A stretch of DNA of 64,000 bases from Myxococcota bacterium (GCA_965247115.1 CBDFGR010000002.1:2016001-2080000); one strand, 5' to 3'. Positions 38,067 through 47,849 are shown, counted from the stretch's first letter. Notes: a model not told the origin generated them from the sequence alone. Translations and numbers: made by a program.

Positions 38067-38292
38067 TTTACCTCGAAAACAGCAAGAGCTACCGCTGAGC
38101 CCAGGCTCCTGCCTCAGGCGCGCTCCTCGGATCTCCCGCGTAACACGGCGCTGGCAAGGACGTAGTCGTCCACGGGTCGGGAGCGCTAGACGCTGAAGGT
38201 TGGTGCCATTGACCGCGCGATTGACGGTCGAGACGGCGGCAGCACAATCGGCCAGTACTTGCCGCCGACCCTGGGCGCAGAGGTTTGCACGT

Positions 38293-38553
38293 TCTCACCG
38301 CGGCTCCGTAGGTGCGTGGCCTCGAGGACCCGACCTGATCCCAACCCAACCCAGAGATGTCGAAGAAGTTCGTGATGTATACCTTGTCGTTCCAGTTTCT
38401 CACCCAGACGCTGATCTCCGTTCGCTCATCGGGAAGCAGATAGGAGAGGTTGCCGTTCACTAGCCAGACTGGCCCCTGCCTGGCCCGCTTGATGTTCTCG
38501 GCCAGGTAAAAGACCTCGTCGCTGTAGCTCGCGCCAACTTGCCCTCGCAGCAC
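38293..38553 (-). pseudogene. 3' fragment of a TonB-dependent receptor
   Basis: WLVNGNLSY...EISVWVRNWNDKVY...PRTYGAAVR, typical final beta-strands; 5' region and terminal Phe missing. Confidence 0.8.
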
Positions 38554-38957
38554 CGCTCCTCAAGCCGCCCTATGGGCGCATCACGGCGATCGATCTGAAT
38601 ACCGGCGAGCACATGTGGATGGCCCCCAACGGAGACGGGCCTCGCAATCACCCGCGCTTGCAACACCTGAATCTGCCTCCCCTGGGTCAACAAGGCCGGG
38701 CGGCTCCTCTTCTCACAGAGACACTGCTCTTTATCGGTGAGGGCGATCCGATCATTCTTGGTACCCCGAAAGGCGGAGGCGGAAACAAGTTTCGCGCCTA
38801 CGACAAAGCCACGGGCAGCGTCGTGTGGGAGACCGAGCTGGCAGCGGGGACCACCGGAGCGCCGATGAGCTACCTGTGGAACGGCAAGCAGTACATCGTG
38901 GTGGCCATCGGCGGCGAGGATCATCCGGCTGAGTGGGTGGCGCTCGGTCTTCCCTGA
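38553..38957 (+). pseudogene. 3' fragment of another PQQ GDH-like paralogue
   Basis: PLLKPPYGRITAIDLNTGEHMW...EWVALGLP*, near-identical to the C-termini of copies 1-5; N-terminal ~530 codons absent. Confidence 0.92.
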
Positions 38958-38970
38958 TGGCACCAAGATT

Positions 38971-39008
38971 ACTTTGGCGACGGCGGGAAGGTGGATCTGA
39001 AGAGGGAC
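38971..39008 (+). pseudogene. 38-bp internal sliver of a PQQ GDH-like gene (FGDGGKVDLKRD)
   Basis: First 23 nt identical to 40948-40970; tail CTGAAGAGGGAC matches 15193-15204. Confidence 0.75.
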
Positions 39009-39009
39009 C

Positions 39010-40134
39010 TCACACCAACACCTCGTCGGGTTCGGCCAGTCGATAGCTGGTGCTTCGACCACGGCCCGGGTTCTTCACGACGATGCCCCGCTCCAACAGC
39101 TCGCGAATGTCTCGAAGCGCCGTGTCATTGGAGCACTTTGCGAGCTTGGCGTACTTCGACGTGGTCAGGTGACCTTTGAAATCGTCGAGCATGTGGTTGA
39201 TGACCTTTCGTTGCCGCTCACTCACGGGGTTCGGATTGATTCGCTCCCAGAGCCGGGCCTTGAGAAGGACGGACGACAGCCTCTCGTCCGTATCTTCGAT
39301 GGTTCGATCGAGGCAACCGAGGAACCACTCGAGCCATCCAGTGATATCCAGGCCGCCCCGCTGCGCGGCTTCCAGCTGGAGGTAGTACTCCCTTCGCTCG
39401 GCCTCGATTCCCGAAGACATGCTGTAAAAGCGGTCCCTCGTACCGTCTGCTTGCGAGAGGGCCATATCAGCGATCGCGCGGGCGATTCGCCCATTCCCGT
39501 CTTCGAACGGGTGGACCGTGACGAACCAGAGGTGCGCAACCGCGGCCTTGAGAACGGGATCGATCTCTGAAGACTCGGCGAACCACTCGAGAAACGACTC
39601 CATCTCGGCTTGAAGGCGCTCAGCGCCGGGTGCCTGGAAGTGCATCTTCTCGCGGCCGACGGGTCCGGAGACAATCTGCATCGGACCTGCTTCCCGGGTG
39701 CGCCATGCGCCGACGGTGATGCGACGCATACCGCTTCGACCCGTCGGAAACAGAGCGGCGTGCCAGTCGAACAGACGCTCCGCTGTGAGCGGCTCGTCGA
39801 AGTTCCGCGTGGCATCGAGCATCATCTCGACGATGCCTTCGACTTCTCGTCCGGGCACGATGAGGCCCCCGACATCGAGACCGAGCTTGCGAGCGATCGA
39901 CGAACGGACCTCCTCGGGGTTGAGGTGTTCCCCCTCGATGGCCGATGACTTCACGACTTCATCCGCGAGTGCGGTGAGGCTGGCCTCTGCGCGAAGCTCG
40001 AAGCCCAGGGCCTCCATCTTCCCGATGTGCCTGCCCTGCTTGTGGCGCACGGCTGCAAGGACTCCGGCCAGTCCCTCGCCATCCCAGGTGAAGTGCGGCC
40101 ATTCAGGCCGCTCGTGGATGAATGTCACTTTCAC
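39010..40134 (-). CDS. fic: Fic family protein with N-terminal DUF4172-like region and C-terminal winged HTH
   Basis: WPHFTWD, SSAIEGE, canonical HPFEDGNGRIAR, TTSKYAKLAKCSNDTALRDI. Confidence 0.92.
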   Translation of the reverse strand: MKVTFIHERPEWPHFTWDGEGLAGVLAAVRHKQGRHIGKMEALGFELRAEASLTALADEVVKSSAIEGEHLNPEEVRSSIARKLGLDVGGLIVPGREVEGIVEMMLDATRNFDEPLTAERLFDWHAALFPTGRSGMRRITVGAWRTREAGPMQIVSGPVGREKMHFQAPGAERLQAEMESFLEWFAESSEIDPVLKAAVAHLWFVTVHPFEDGNGRIARAIADMALSQADGTRDRFYSMSSGIEAERREYYLQLEAAQRGGLDITGWLEWFLGCLDRTIEDTDERLSSVLLKARLWERINPNPVSERQRKVINHMLDDFKGHLTTSKYAKLAKCSNDTALRDIRELLERGIVVKNPGRGRSTSYRLAEPDEVLV

Positions 40135-40208
40135 CGCGTCTCTTGCGGTGATTGTACCCGCTATTCACCGCATCGGCGACTATTCACCGCGGGATGTGCG
40201 GTGAATAG
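40130..40208. promoter_or_regulatory. Cluster of direct and inverted CTATTCACCGC / GCGGTGAATAG boxes upstream of fic
   Basis: CTATTCACCGC at 40161 and 40180, its reverse complement at 40198; partial copies at 40130 and 40145. Confidence 0.65.
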
Positions 40209-40278
40209 AGGGCCCAATCTCCGCCAGGCTGGTGCATACATCTGTCAAGTTATTGAAATGAAAGGGATATTTTCCTCC

Positions 40279-40332
40279 TACCCGGCGATCTTTTTCGATC
40301 TCGGCGGTATGCTGTTCAGCTACCGCGGTCTG
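40279..40332 (+). pseudogene. N-terminal remnant of a HAD-family hydrolase
   Basis: YPAIFFDLGGMLFSYRGL resembles HAD motif I (hhFDxGGTL). Confidence 0.45.
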
Positions 40333-40403
40333 AGTGCTCGACTTTCTCGACGGAAGTGGAGCGGAGCTGAGGCGCCGCGATTACTGTGCACGAGGCCATC
40401 GTA

Positions 40404-42404
40404 ATGGACGCTGACGTAGCCGGGCCAGCCGCTGTCGGGCAGCGGACTCGACGCATCTTGATAGCGGGGCTCTGCTTCGGCCTCCTCGCGGTGCCGGCGG
40501 GCGAGGTCCATGCCCAGCAGTCGGCGATCCATGGGGAATGGCGCAGTTACGGAGCTGACAGAGCGAACACGAAGTACACGCCCCTGGCGCAGATCGATCG
40601 TGACAACGTCAGCAAGCTTCGCGTGCTCTGGCGTCGGCCGGGCGTGGATCCGAAGCTCAGCGAGACGTTTCCCGACCTGAACCCCTCCGGCGACTTCCGC
40701 GCGACGCCGCTCATGCACGGCGGCGTGCTCTACACATCGAACAGCGTCGGGCTGGTGGAGGCGCTCGATCCCGGGACCGGCGAGACCCTCTGGATTCAGG
40801 AGCCCCTGCATGAGGGATTCCGGGGCGTGTCCGGGCGGAGCACGCGGGGTGTCGCTCACTGGAGCAGCGGTTCGAGCCAGCGGATCTTCTCGGTTCGAGA
40901 CGACTACCTCGTGTCGATGAGCGCGGAGACCGGGAGCCTGGTTCGAGACTTTGGCGACGGCGGGAAGGTGAATCTGCGGAGGAACGGGCCTACTCCAGTT
41001 CCCGCCGGCGGGTCGGCGGGCCCCATCGTCGTGGGCGACGTGGTCATCGTCGGCGGAGGCGGCAGCGCCGACGGTTCGGTGGTGAAGGAGGGGCCTCCCG
41101 AGGACATCCGGGCCTTTGACGTGAGGACCGGTCGTCTGCGCTGGACCTTCCATGTGATGCCGCGGCCGGGGGAATTCGGATTCGAGACATGGGAAGACGA
41201 CTCCGGGAAAAAGAGCGGGGCCATGGGCGGTTGGGCGCCCCTCACCGTTGATGAGGAGCTGGGCTACGTCTATGTGGCCCTGTCGTCCCCCATGCACGCG
41301 TTCTACGGCGGCGACCGGCCCGGACAGAACCTCTTCGGCAACAGCCTCGTGTGCCTCGACGCCAGGACCGGCGAGCGGGTGTGGCACTACCAGCTCGTGC
41401 ATCACGACCTGTGGGACTACGACCTGCCGGCCGCGCCGGTGCTCGGCGATATCACAGTCAACGGGAAGGAGATCCAGGCGGTGATGCAAATCACCAAGCA
41501 TGCCTTCCTGTTCGTGTTTGACCGCGTGACGGGGGAGCCTGTGTGGCCGATTGAAGAGCGGCCGGTGCCTGCGTCCACGACGCCGGGGGAGAGGGCGTGG
41601 CCGACACAGCCCTTCCCGACCAAGCCAGCCCCGTTCGACCGTCTAGGGGTCAGCGTCGACGATCTGATCGATTTCACGCCGGAGCTGCGGGCGGAGGCGC
41701 TCGAGATCGTCAAGCCGTACGTTCTCGGGCCGATCTTCACGCCACCGTCGGTGGCGGCTCCGGGGCATACCCAGGGAACGATCACCCTTCCCGGCACGGC
41801 TGGTGGCGGGAACTGGAACGGTGGGGCGTTCGACCCCGAGACGGGGATCTTCTATGTCGCCTCGCACACGCACACCTGGGTAAGCGATCTCGTCAGGCCC
41901 TCCCCGTTGGTCAAGGCGACGACGCCGTACATACACGGGGCAGTAGCGGAGGGTCTCGACTGCTGTGATGGGTTCTTCGCCTATGGCCCGGACGGCCTGC
42001 CACTCGTCAAGCCGCCCTATGGGCGCATTACGGCGATCGATCTGAATACGGGCGAGCACGTGTGGATGGCGCCCAACGGAGACGGGCCGCGCAACCACCC
42101 GCGGCTGCGGCACCTGAACCTGCCTCCCCTTGGGCAGCAGGGCCGGCCCGCCCCTCTTCTCACGAAGACGCTGCTCTTCATCGGTGAGGGGGATCCGATC
42201 ATCGTGGCGACTCCGAAAGGCGGTGGGGGAAACAAGTTTCGCGCCTACGACAAGGCCACGGGCAGTGTCGTGTGGGAAACCGAGCTCGCGGCAGGGACGA
42301 CGGGCGCGCCGATGAGCTACCTGTGGAACGGCAAGCAGTACATCGTGGTGGCCATCGGCGGCGAGGATCACCCCGCTGAGTGGGTGGCGCTGGGTCTTCC
42401 CTGA
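40404..42404 (+). CDS. Secreted PQQ GDH-like dehydrogenase, copy 5
   Basis: Signal peptide, HHDLWDYD, DCCD loop; highly similar to copies 1-4. Confidence 0.9.
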   Translation: MDADVAGPAAVGQRTRRILIAGLCFGLLAVPAGEVHAQQSAIHGEWRSYGADRANTKYTPLAQIDRDNVSKLRVLWRRPGVDPKLSETFPDLNPSGDFRATPLMHGGVLYTSNSVGLVEALDPGTGETLWIQEPLHEGFRGVSGRSTRGVAHWSSGSSQRIFSVRDDYLVSMSAETGSLVRDFGDGGKVNLRRNGPTPVPAGGSAGPIVVGDVVIVGGGGSADGSVVKEGPPEDIRAFDVRTGRLRWTFHVMPRPGEFGFETWEDDSGKKSGAMGGWAPLTVDEELGYVYVALSSPMHAFYGGDRPGQNLFGNSLVCLDARTGERVWHYQLVHHDLWDYDLPAAPVLGDITVNGKEIQAVMQITKHAFLFVFDRVTGEPVWPIEERPVPASTTPGERAWPTQPFPTKPAPFDRLGVSVDDLIDFTPELRAEALEIVKPYVLGPIFTPPSVAAPGHTQGTITLPGTAGGGNWNGGAFDPETGIFYVASHTHTWVSDLVRPSPLVKATTPYIHGAVAEGLDCCDGFFAYGPDGLPLVKPPYGRITAIDLNTGEHVWMAPNGDGPRNHPRLRHLNLPPLGQQGRPAPLLTKTLLFIGEGDPIIVATPKGGGGNKFRAYDKATGSVVWETELAAGTTGAPMSYLWNGKQYIVVAIGGEDHPAEWVALGLP

Positions 42405-42459
42405 GGCGCCGCGCTCCGCTCGACTCGAGCGTCACGGGGATCGAGGCGCTCCGGCCTCG

Positions 42460-43275
42460 TTACATGTTGGCGTTGCGGCCCACGAGCACCCCGCCGTCCA
42501 CCGGGAGCACGATGCCCGTCACGAAGGCGCCCGCGCGGCTTGCCAGATAGATGCAGGCACCCGCCATGTCCTCGGGCTCACCGGGGCGACCGACGGTCGT
42601 GGCCGCGGTGATCGCCGCTCTCCCTTCCTCGGTTGAGAGGATCTCGTCCAGCATGCCGGGGAAGGGCCCTGGGGCGATCGCGTTGAAGGTGATGTGGCGC
42701 CCCCCCTTCCGGCCGCCCCTGTTTCCGAGCCGGCCGGCCCACTGCCTGGTCAGGTGATGTAGCCCGGCCTTGCCGAGGGGGTAAGCCCAATCGTTGTCCT
42801 GTGCAACGCGGATGCCGTCGATCGAGCCGATGTTGATGACCGAAGCGTGAGACTCGGCGCTGCCCGCGGCCGCGAGCAGCGGCAGGCACTCCTGGGTCAG
42901 CGCGAACGGGGCGCGGAGGTTCACCGCGTTGACCTCGTCCCAGACGTCCATCGGATACTCTCCGAACTTGTGCATCTTGTTGCCGAGCGCAGCGTTGTTC
43001 ACGAGCACGTCGAGCTTGCCCTCCCGCTCCTTCAGGGTCTGTGCCAGCGCGATGATGTCCTCATCCTTCGACAGATCGGCCCGCAGCGCGATGCACTCGC
43101 CCGGTCCTTCCTCGGCCAGCTCCTTCGCCACGACGGACAGATCGCTTCGCGATGCGATGTACACGCGCGCGCCGCCGGCGACGAATCCGCCCGCGATCCC
43201 CCGTCCGATGCCGCCGCCGCCTCCGGTCACACACACGACCTTGCCTTCGACGCTGAAGAGATTCTGAAAGTCCAT
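42460..43275 (-). CDS. SDR family oxidoreductase (RhlG-like)
   Basis: TGGGGGIG, LVNNA, INIGSIDG, YPLGK, NAIAPGPF, LPVDGG. Confidence 0.9.
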   Translation of the reverse strand: MDFQNLFSVEGKVVCVTGGGGGIGRGIAGGFVAGGARVYIASRSDLSVVAKELAEEGPGECIALRADLSKDEDIIALAQTLKEREGKLDVLVNNAALGNKMHKFGEYPMDVWDEVNAVNLRAPFALTQECLPLLAAAGSAESHASVINIGSIDGIRVAQDNDWAYPLGKAGLHHLTRQWAGRLGNRGGRKGGRHITFNAIAPGPFPGMLDEILSTEEGRAAITAATTVGRPGEPEDMAGACIYLASRAGAFVTGIVLPVDGGVLVGRNANM

Positions 43276-43334
43276 TGGCTAGATTCTCCCTCTTGCGGAA
43301 TTTCGGTCCGCTGCAGCGCGGCCCTGAGCCGGTC

Positions 43335-45254
43335 TCAGCTCGAGCAGTGACCTTTGGAGTGCGATGGTGGGACGTCGAGCGCCGGGTTGCGCTCGAAGAA
43401 CCCAAAGGGAAGCAGCGTGAATCCGCAGTACTCGACGGGCATGACCGGCCAGTCCTCCGGGCGCGGCACGTGAGTCACGCCGACGGTGTGCCAGACGACG
43501 ACGTCGGTGTTCTCGAGCGGGCGATCGTTGGCGGTGTAGGCCGGTAGGCCAGCGCCGCCCGGGTGGAGGTTCGTGAACGCGCCCGCCGCGGCGTCGAGCT
43601 CGTCGGGAGCATACGGCGTGACCCAGAGGTTGTGGCGCGCGAAGCCCGCCCGCCGAGCGTGCAGGGAGTCCCCCTTGGCGAGCAGCGTCGGAGTTCCCTG
43701 TGGCAGCAGCTTGTAGCCGACGGGGGCGCCGAGACGGTTCCGCACCTCGGGGTTCACCACCCGCCAGTGCCGGCTTCGTGAGGGGTCGACCTCGCGCTGG
43801 GCCTCCTTCTCGCTGCGCAGCAAGCGAGCGACCGACCGGAAGCCACTCCCGTGTGGGTCCTCGTCAGCCGACAGCGGCTCGACGTCGACCTCGTAGACCG
43901 AGTTGCGCTCCCCTTCCAGGTCGAAGTCGAGTCGGAAGCAAAACAGATGCTGGTGGATCGGAGAGGCGAGTGACGGCGCAATCAGAGGCGCCGTGTCTGT
44001 GCCCTTTCCGTCTCCCACGGCAGACACGCCGACGATGCCCGTCAGCTTTACCTCCATCTGGATCGTGCCGTCGAGATAGAAATACCAGTAGAACCCGTAC
44101 TCGTAGTTGCCGAGCGTGTGGATCGCACTCACGACGAGCCGCCGCGACCGCCGCACCTCGACCCTCCTCGAGGGCGTGAACACGTTCGTGTGCTTCCACA
44201 GGATCCCGAAGTCCTCCTCGTGCATGCACACCGCGTTCTCGACCGTGAACGCTTCACCCTTCGGGGACAGAAAAGTCGCATCGAAGTAGCGGATCTCACC
44301 GACGCAGTCGCACCCGAGCGATAGAGAGTTCGCGTTCTGGCCGAGCGTCGCCTCACTCGCGTCGAACGCGTGCTTCCAGGAGTGCATGGGCGACGAGTCG
44401 CCGTACGGCACGATCATGTCGGAGAGCGATGCGCGGTAGAGAATCGGGCGCGCGCGCCCTTCATCCTCGTAGCGCACATCGTGGAGTACGACGCCCTCGA
44501 GCGGGTGGAGCGAGATCCGGAACTGCCACTTCTGCCAGCGAATCGCATGTCCATCGACAGTGAAGCTCGGGCCCTCGGGCTGGGTGATCTCGATCGGGCG
44601 TAGGTCCTGCCGCAAAGGGCCCACGCTCTCGACGTCATAGTCCCCGGCCTCGGGCGGAAACGGCACGACGCCACGGTCGTCGACGATCACCAGATCGCTG
44701 TCCACGTCGACGTAGGCGATCACGCCTTCGATGGGGCGCGCGTAGGCATTGTCCTCCAGATCTTCGTGCAGGAAGGCAACGCCCGCGAGGACGCGCGCGT
44801 TCGGCGCCATGCCCTCCGGTCGGACACCGGCCACCCACGGGTCGATCTGGACGAGCGAGGAATCCTCGATGCCCCGTTTTCGCAGCGCGGCTTGCCAGTC
44901 GGGACTCGCGTGTATGAGATGGAAGGCCCGCATCGCGTCGCTCCCGGAGACCGACGCCTGCCCCGATTCGACCCACGAGAACTCTTCCAGCTTGCTCTTC
45001 GATAGGGATACACGGGCATCGAAGCTGCTGCCCCGCTCGCGGTCGTGGCCGATCAGCCTCACTTGCCGCTCGAAGGGAGAGCCCGGCTCGAAGTTCTTCA
45101 CGAGCTCTTTGGCGGGCTCGATGGGAAGGGCGCACGAGAAACGGCTCGCGTCACTGATCTCACCGCTCTCGCGTAGGATCTCGGCGGCGCGCGTCAGCTC
45201 CTCGCCCGAGTAGGGGTCCAAAGGATGATTCGGTGTGGTTGCTTCGCCATCCAT
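43335..45254 (-). CDS. tynA: Copper-containing primary amine oxidase (TPQ), apparently cytoplasmic
   Basis: HPLDP, TLGNYEY (TPQ Tyr, codon 44103-44105), HQH and THVPRPEDWPVMP copper ligands, catalytic Asp in AFDASE; no signal peptide. Confidence 0.93.
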   Translation of the reverse strand: MDGEATTPNHPLDPYSGEELTRAAEILRESGEISDASRFSCALPIEPAKELVKNFEPGSPFERQVRLIGHDRERGSSFDARVSLSKSKLEEFSWVESGQASVSGSDAMRAFHLIHASPDWQAALRKRGIEDSSLVQIDPWVAGVRPEGMAPNARVLAGVAFLHEDLEDNAYARPIEGVIAYVDVDSDLVIVDDRGVVPFPPEAGDYDVESVGPLRQDLRPIEITQPEGPSFTVDGHAIRWQKWQFRISLHPLEGVVLHDVRYEDEGRARPILYRASLSDMIVPYGDSSPMHSWKHAFDASEATLGQNANSLSLGCDCVGEIRYFDATFLSPKGEAFTVENAVCMHEEDFGILWKHTNVFTPSRRVEVRRSRRLVVSAIHTLGNYEYGFYWYFYLDGTIQMEVKLTGIVGVSAVGDGKGTDTAPLIAPSLASPIHQHLFCFRLDFDLEGERNSVYEVDVEPLSADEDPHGSGFRSVARLLRSEKEAQREVDPSRSRHWRVVNPEVRNRLGAPVGYKLLPQGTPTLLAKGDSLHARRAGFARHNLWVTPYAPDELDAAAGAFTNLHPGGAGLPAYTANDRPLENTDVVVWHTVGVTHVPRPEDWPVMPVEYCGFTLLPFGFFERNPALDVPPSHSKGHCSS

Positions 45255-45441
45255 CGTCGTGAGTCCCACCTTCCCCGCGTGCTGGCCGACCTGAAGAAGC
45301 TCAGATGGAGGCCTTCCGCCGAAGGTCCGGTTGGCTTCCCGGCGGGCCGCGTGGCGATCTAATATCGAAGGCTGCTCGGTGTCAAGGGCTCTCTCTCGAG
45401 GGTCCAAGCCCAAGAGCAACGAGGGGCCGAGCTGCCCGAAC

Positions 45442-46455
45442 TCAGCGCAGCCCGAGCCGGCCGGCCTGCTCCAATGCGACCTTCAACATGTGCGGGATCA
45501 TCTTGTCGTAGCCCGCCCACGGCCGATGCTCTGCCCAGCTCAGCAGCTCGAGCGCCCGTGTGAGTGTGAACCAGGAGACCAGCTCCACCTGCTCGGCGGA
45601 GAGCGGTCGCCGCCTGCGATAGCCCCCGAGCAGCGCCTCGCGGGCCAGCTCGAAGTGCGGGTTCTTCGGATGGAACGCATCCAGCTCACTGTACAGGGCG
45701 ACGGTCAGGTCGTAGGCGTACCAGCCGAAGCCGGCGTCGTCGAAGTCGATGACCGTGAGCCGCTCGCCGTCGACGAGGACGTTGTCGGCATGCAGGTCCG
45801 CGTGGATCATGCCGTAGACCTCTGGACTCCGATCCAGGCGCGCGAACCTCTCGCGGACGGCGTTGCGTAGGGCGAGGAGTCTGGCGCGTTCGTCGTCGGT
45901 TGCAGAGGGGATCTCCCAGAACCGCCCCCAGAAGGGCTTCTCGCCCACAAGTCCCTCCGCGTCCCGGGCGTGACGACGGAAGCCGGGTGGGGGCGTCCAC
46001 TTCGCCGAGGCGTCGTGAAAGCCCGCGACGAGGCTCCCCAGCTGCTCGAAGCAGCTCGAGAGCTCCGCCGGGTCGCGCGTCTCCTCCACGATCTGGGAGA
46101 GCGGAACTCCGGCGATCCAGCGGACGAGGCCGACGTGGCGTGTGGCGGTGGAGCCCGGGAAGGCGACCGTTGCGTAGTCCCCGCCCTCCAGGGTCGGGAC
46201 AGCCTCGGGCACCGGCAGGCCGGCCAGGGCCAGCGAAGAGGTCCAGGTGTGCTCGGCCTGGAGCTCCGCCAGGTCGTGGTAGCCGTCCTGGTGGACCCGG
46301 AGCGCATAGACGTCACCCCGCGGAGCCGAGACGCGAAAGACCGCGTTCTCTCGATGGAGATGAAGCGCGACCTCCGCCCCTTCGAGCCCCCAGTGCGCCA
46401 GCGCCCGCAGGGCCATCGCATGGAGCGCGTCCGGGCTCTCTTCAAGCCTCGGCAT
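45442..46455 (-). CDS. APH/choline-kinase-like phosphotransferase
   Basis: RENAVFRV, YALRVH, IHADLHADNVL, IDFDDAGFGWYAYDL. Confidence 0.88.
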   Translation of the reverse strand: MPRLEESPDALHAMALRALAHWGLEGAEVALHLHRENAVFRVSAPRGDVYALRVHQDGYHDLAELQAEHTWTSSLALAGLPVPEAVPTLEGGDYATVAFPGSTATRHVGLVRWIAGVPLSQIVEETRDPAELSSCFEQLGSLVAGFHDASAKWTPPPGFRRHARDAEGLVGEKPFWGRFWEIPSATDDERARLLALRNAVRERFARLDRSPEVYGMIHADLHADNVLVDGERLTVIDFDDAGFGWYAYDLTVALYSELDAFHPKNPHFELAREALLGGYRRRRPLSAEQVELVSWFTLTRALELLSWAEHRPWAGYDKMIPHMLKVALEQAGRLGLR

Positions 46456-47722
46456 GGAGCTCCTTCGCCGTCTCGTCCAGCGCCACGAGGAGGAGCTCGG
46501 CATGCGCCTGCTCGATCACGAGCGGGGGCCGGAGCTTGAGCACGTTGCGTCTCTGGCCGGCGCTCCCCATCAGGAAGCCCCTCTCCTTCATTCGCTCGAC
46601 GAACGCCGCAGCGCCCCGGCGGTCGGCCGTGCGTGCCTCACGGTCCTTCACCCACTCGATGCCGATGAAGAGCCCGTGCCCCCGCACGTCGCCCACGAAC
46701 TCGTAGCGGTCTGCGAAGCCGGCCAGCTCGTTCTTGAGGAAGCCCCCGACCTTGGCGGCGTTCTCGACAAGCCCCTCCTCCTCGATGACGTCGAGCACCG
46801 CGCGTCCGACGGCGGCCTGAAGCGGCGTGGCCGCGGTCGTATTGAAGTAGAAGCACTGCTCGTGGAACGTCTTCGCAAGCTCGAACGTGGCCCCCACGCC
46901 ACTGAGCGGGATGCCCGCGCCCATGGGCTTGCCCATCGTGACGATGTCCGGCACGCAGCCCATCACCTCGTAGCCCCACCAGCGGCCCGTGCGGCCGAAT
47001 CCCGCCTGCACCTCGTCGAGGACCACAACGCCCCCGGCCTCGCGTACCAGTCTGGCGGCCGCCGACAGAAACCCGCTGGGCACGTCGGGCAAGCCTTCGT
47101 TGGCGAAGATCGGGCAGAAGAGCATGCCCGCGAGCGGAATCCCCTGGGTCTCCAGCTCGGCGATGGCCCTTCGGATCTCGTCCAGATACAGCTCGCGTCG
47201 CTCCGGCTCGGAGACTCCCTCGCGCAGCGGACGGTAGGCCTCCGGGAAGGGAATCGGCCGGTAGTCGGGCTCGAAGGGCCCGAAGGTCATGCGGCGCACC
47301 TCCGTGCTGTTCCCGTGGTAGGTCGCGTTGCTGATGATGAAGCCACGGCCCCCGGTCGCCGCGCGCGCCATCTGCACGGCCACGTCCAGGGCCTCCGTGC
47401 CGCTACAGGCCATCTGAAGAGTCGTGAGGGGATCCGCGTGGAGTGCCATCAGCCGCTCCGCGTACTCCACGACGACCTCGCTCGGATAGCGACTGTGGAC
47501 GTTCAGCGTGGCAGCCTGGCGCTGCATGGCCTCGACGATGCGTGGATGACCGTGACCCGTGACCGGCACGTTGTTGTAGACGTCCATGTAGCGGCGGCCG
47601 TCGGCGCCGTAGAGCCAAATGCCTTCGCCTCGCACCAGCGGGAGCGGCGTCTCGTAGAAGACCGGAGCGCCGAGCCCCATCGCCCGATCGCGTCGCGCCA
47701 TCAAGTCGCGGATGTTGGTCAT
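46442..47722 (-). CDS. Class III PLP enzyme, amino-alcohol-phosphate phospho-lyase (AGXT2L)-like
   Basis: YMDVYNNVPVTGH, LNVHSRY, YHGNS, IFANEG, DEVQAGFGRTG, PDIVTMGKPMG, YFNTT, NVLKLRPPL; overlaps the kinase start. Confidence 0.85.
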   Translation of the reverse strand: MTNIRDLMARRDRAMGLGAPVFYETPLPLVRGEGIWLYGADGRRYMDVYNNVPVTGHGHPRIVEAMQRQAATLNVHSRYPSEVVVEYAERLMALHADPLTTLQMACSGTEALDVAVQMARAATGGRGFIISNATYHGNSTEVRRMTFGPFEPDYRPIPFPEAYRPLREGVSEPERRELYLDEIRRAIAELETQGIPLAGMLFCPIFANEGLPDVPSGFLSAAARLVREAGGVVVLDEVQAGFGRTGRWWGYEVMGCVPDIVTMGKPMGAGIPLSGVGATFELAKTFHEQCFYFNTTAATPLQAAVGRAVLDVIEEEGLVENAAKVGGFLKNELAGFADRYEFVGDVRGHGLFIGIEWVKDREARTADRRGAAAFVERMKERGFLMGSAGQRRNVLKLRPPLVIEQAHAELLLVALDETAKELHAEA

Positions 47723-47810
47723 TCCTGATCCTCCCTCTCGGTCCAGCCAGCGGGCAGGCCGGTGGAATAGAGCCCGAAGAGGTATCACTCGCAACGCCTG
47801 TGGCTCAAGT

Positions 47811-47837
47811 TGCGTGAAGTACGAGGACTATCACTAA
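47811..47837 (+). pseudogene. Last codons of a deleted HigB (RelE-family) toxin
   Basis: CVKYEDYH* ends 12 bp before higA; xxYxDYH* is the characteristic HigB C-terminus. Confidence 0.65.
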
Positions 47838-47849
47838 AGGGTTGTCGAT

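Noticed and set aside
45357..45385. Minus-strand TTGACA promoter for the amine oxidase
   Set aside because: The -10 (TTAGAT) is poor; plausible but unsupported
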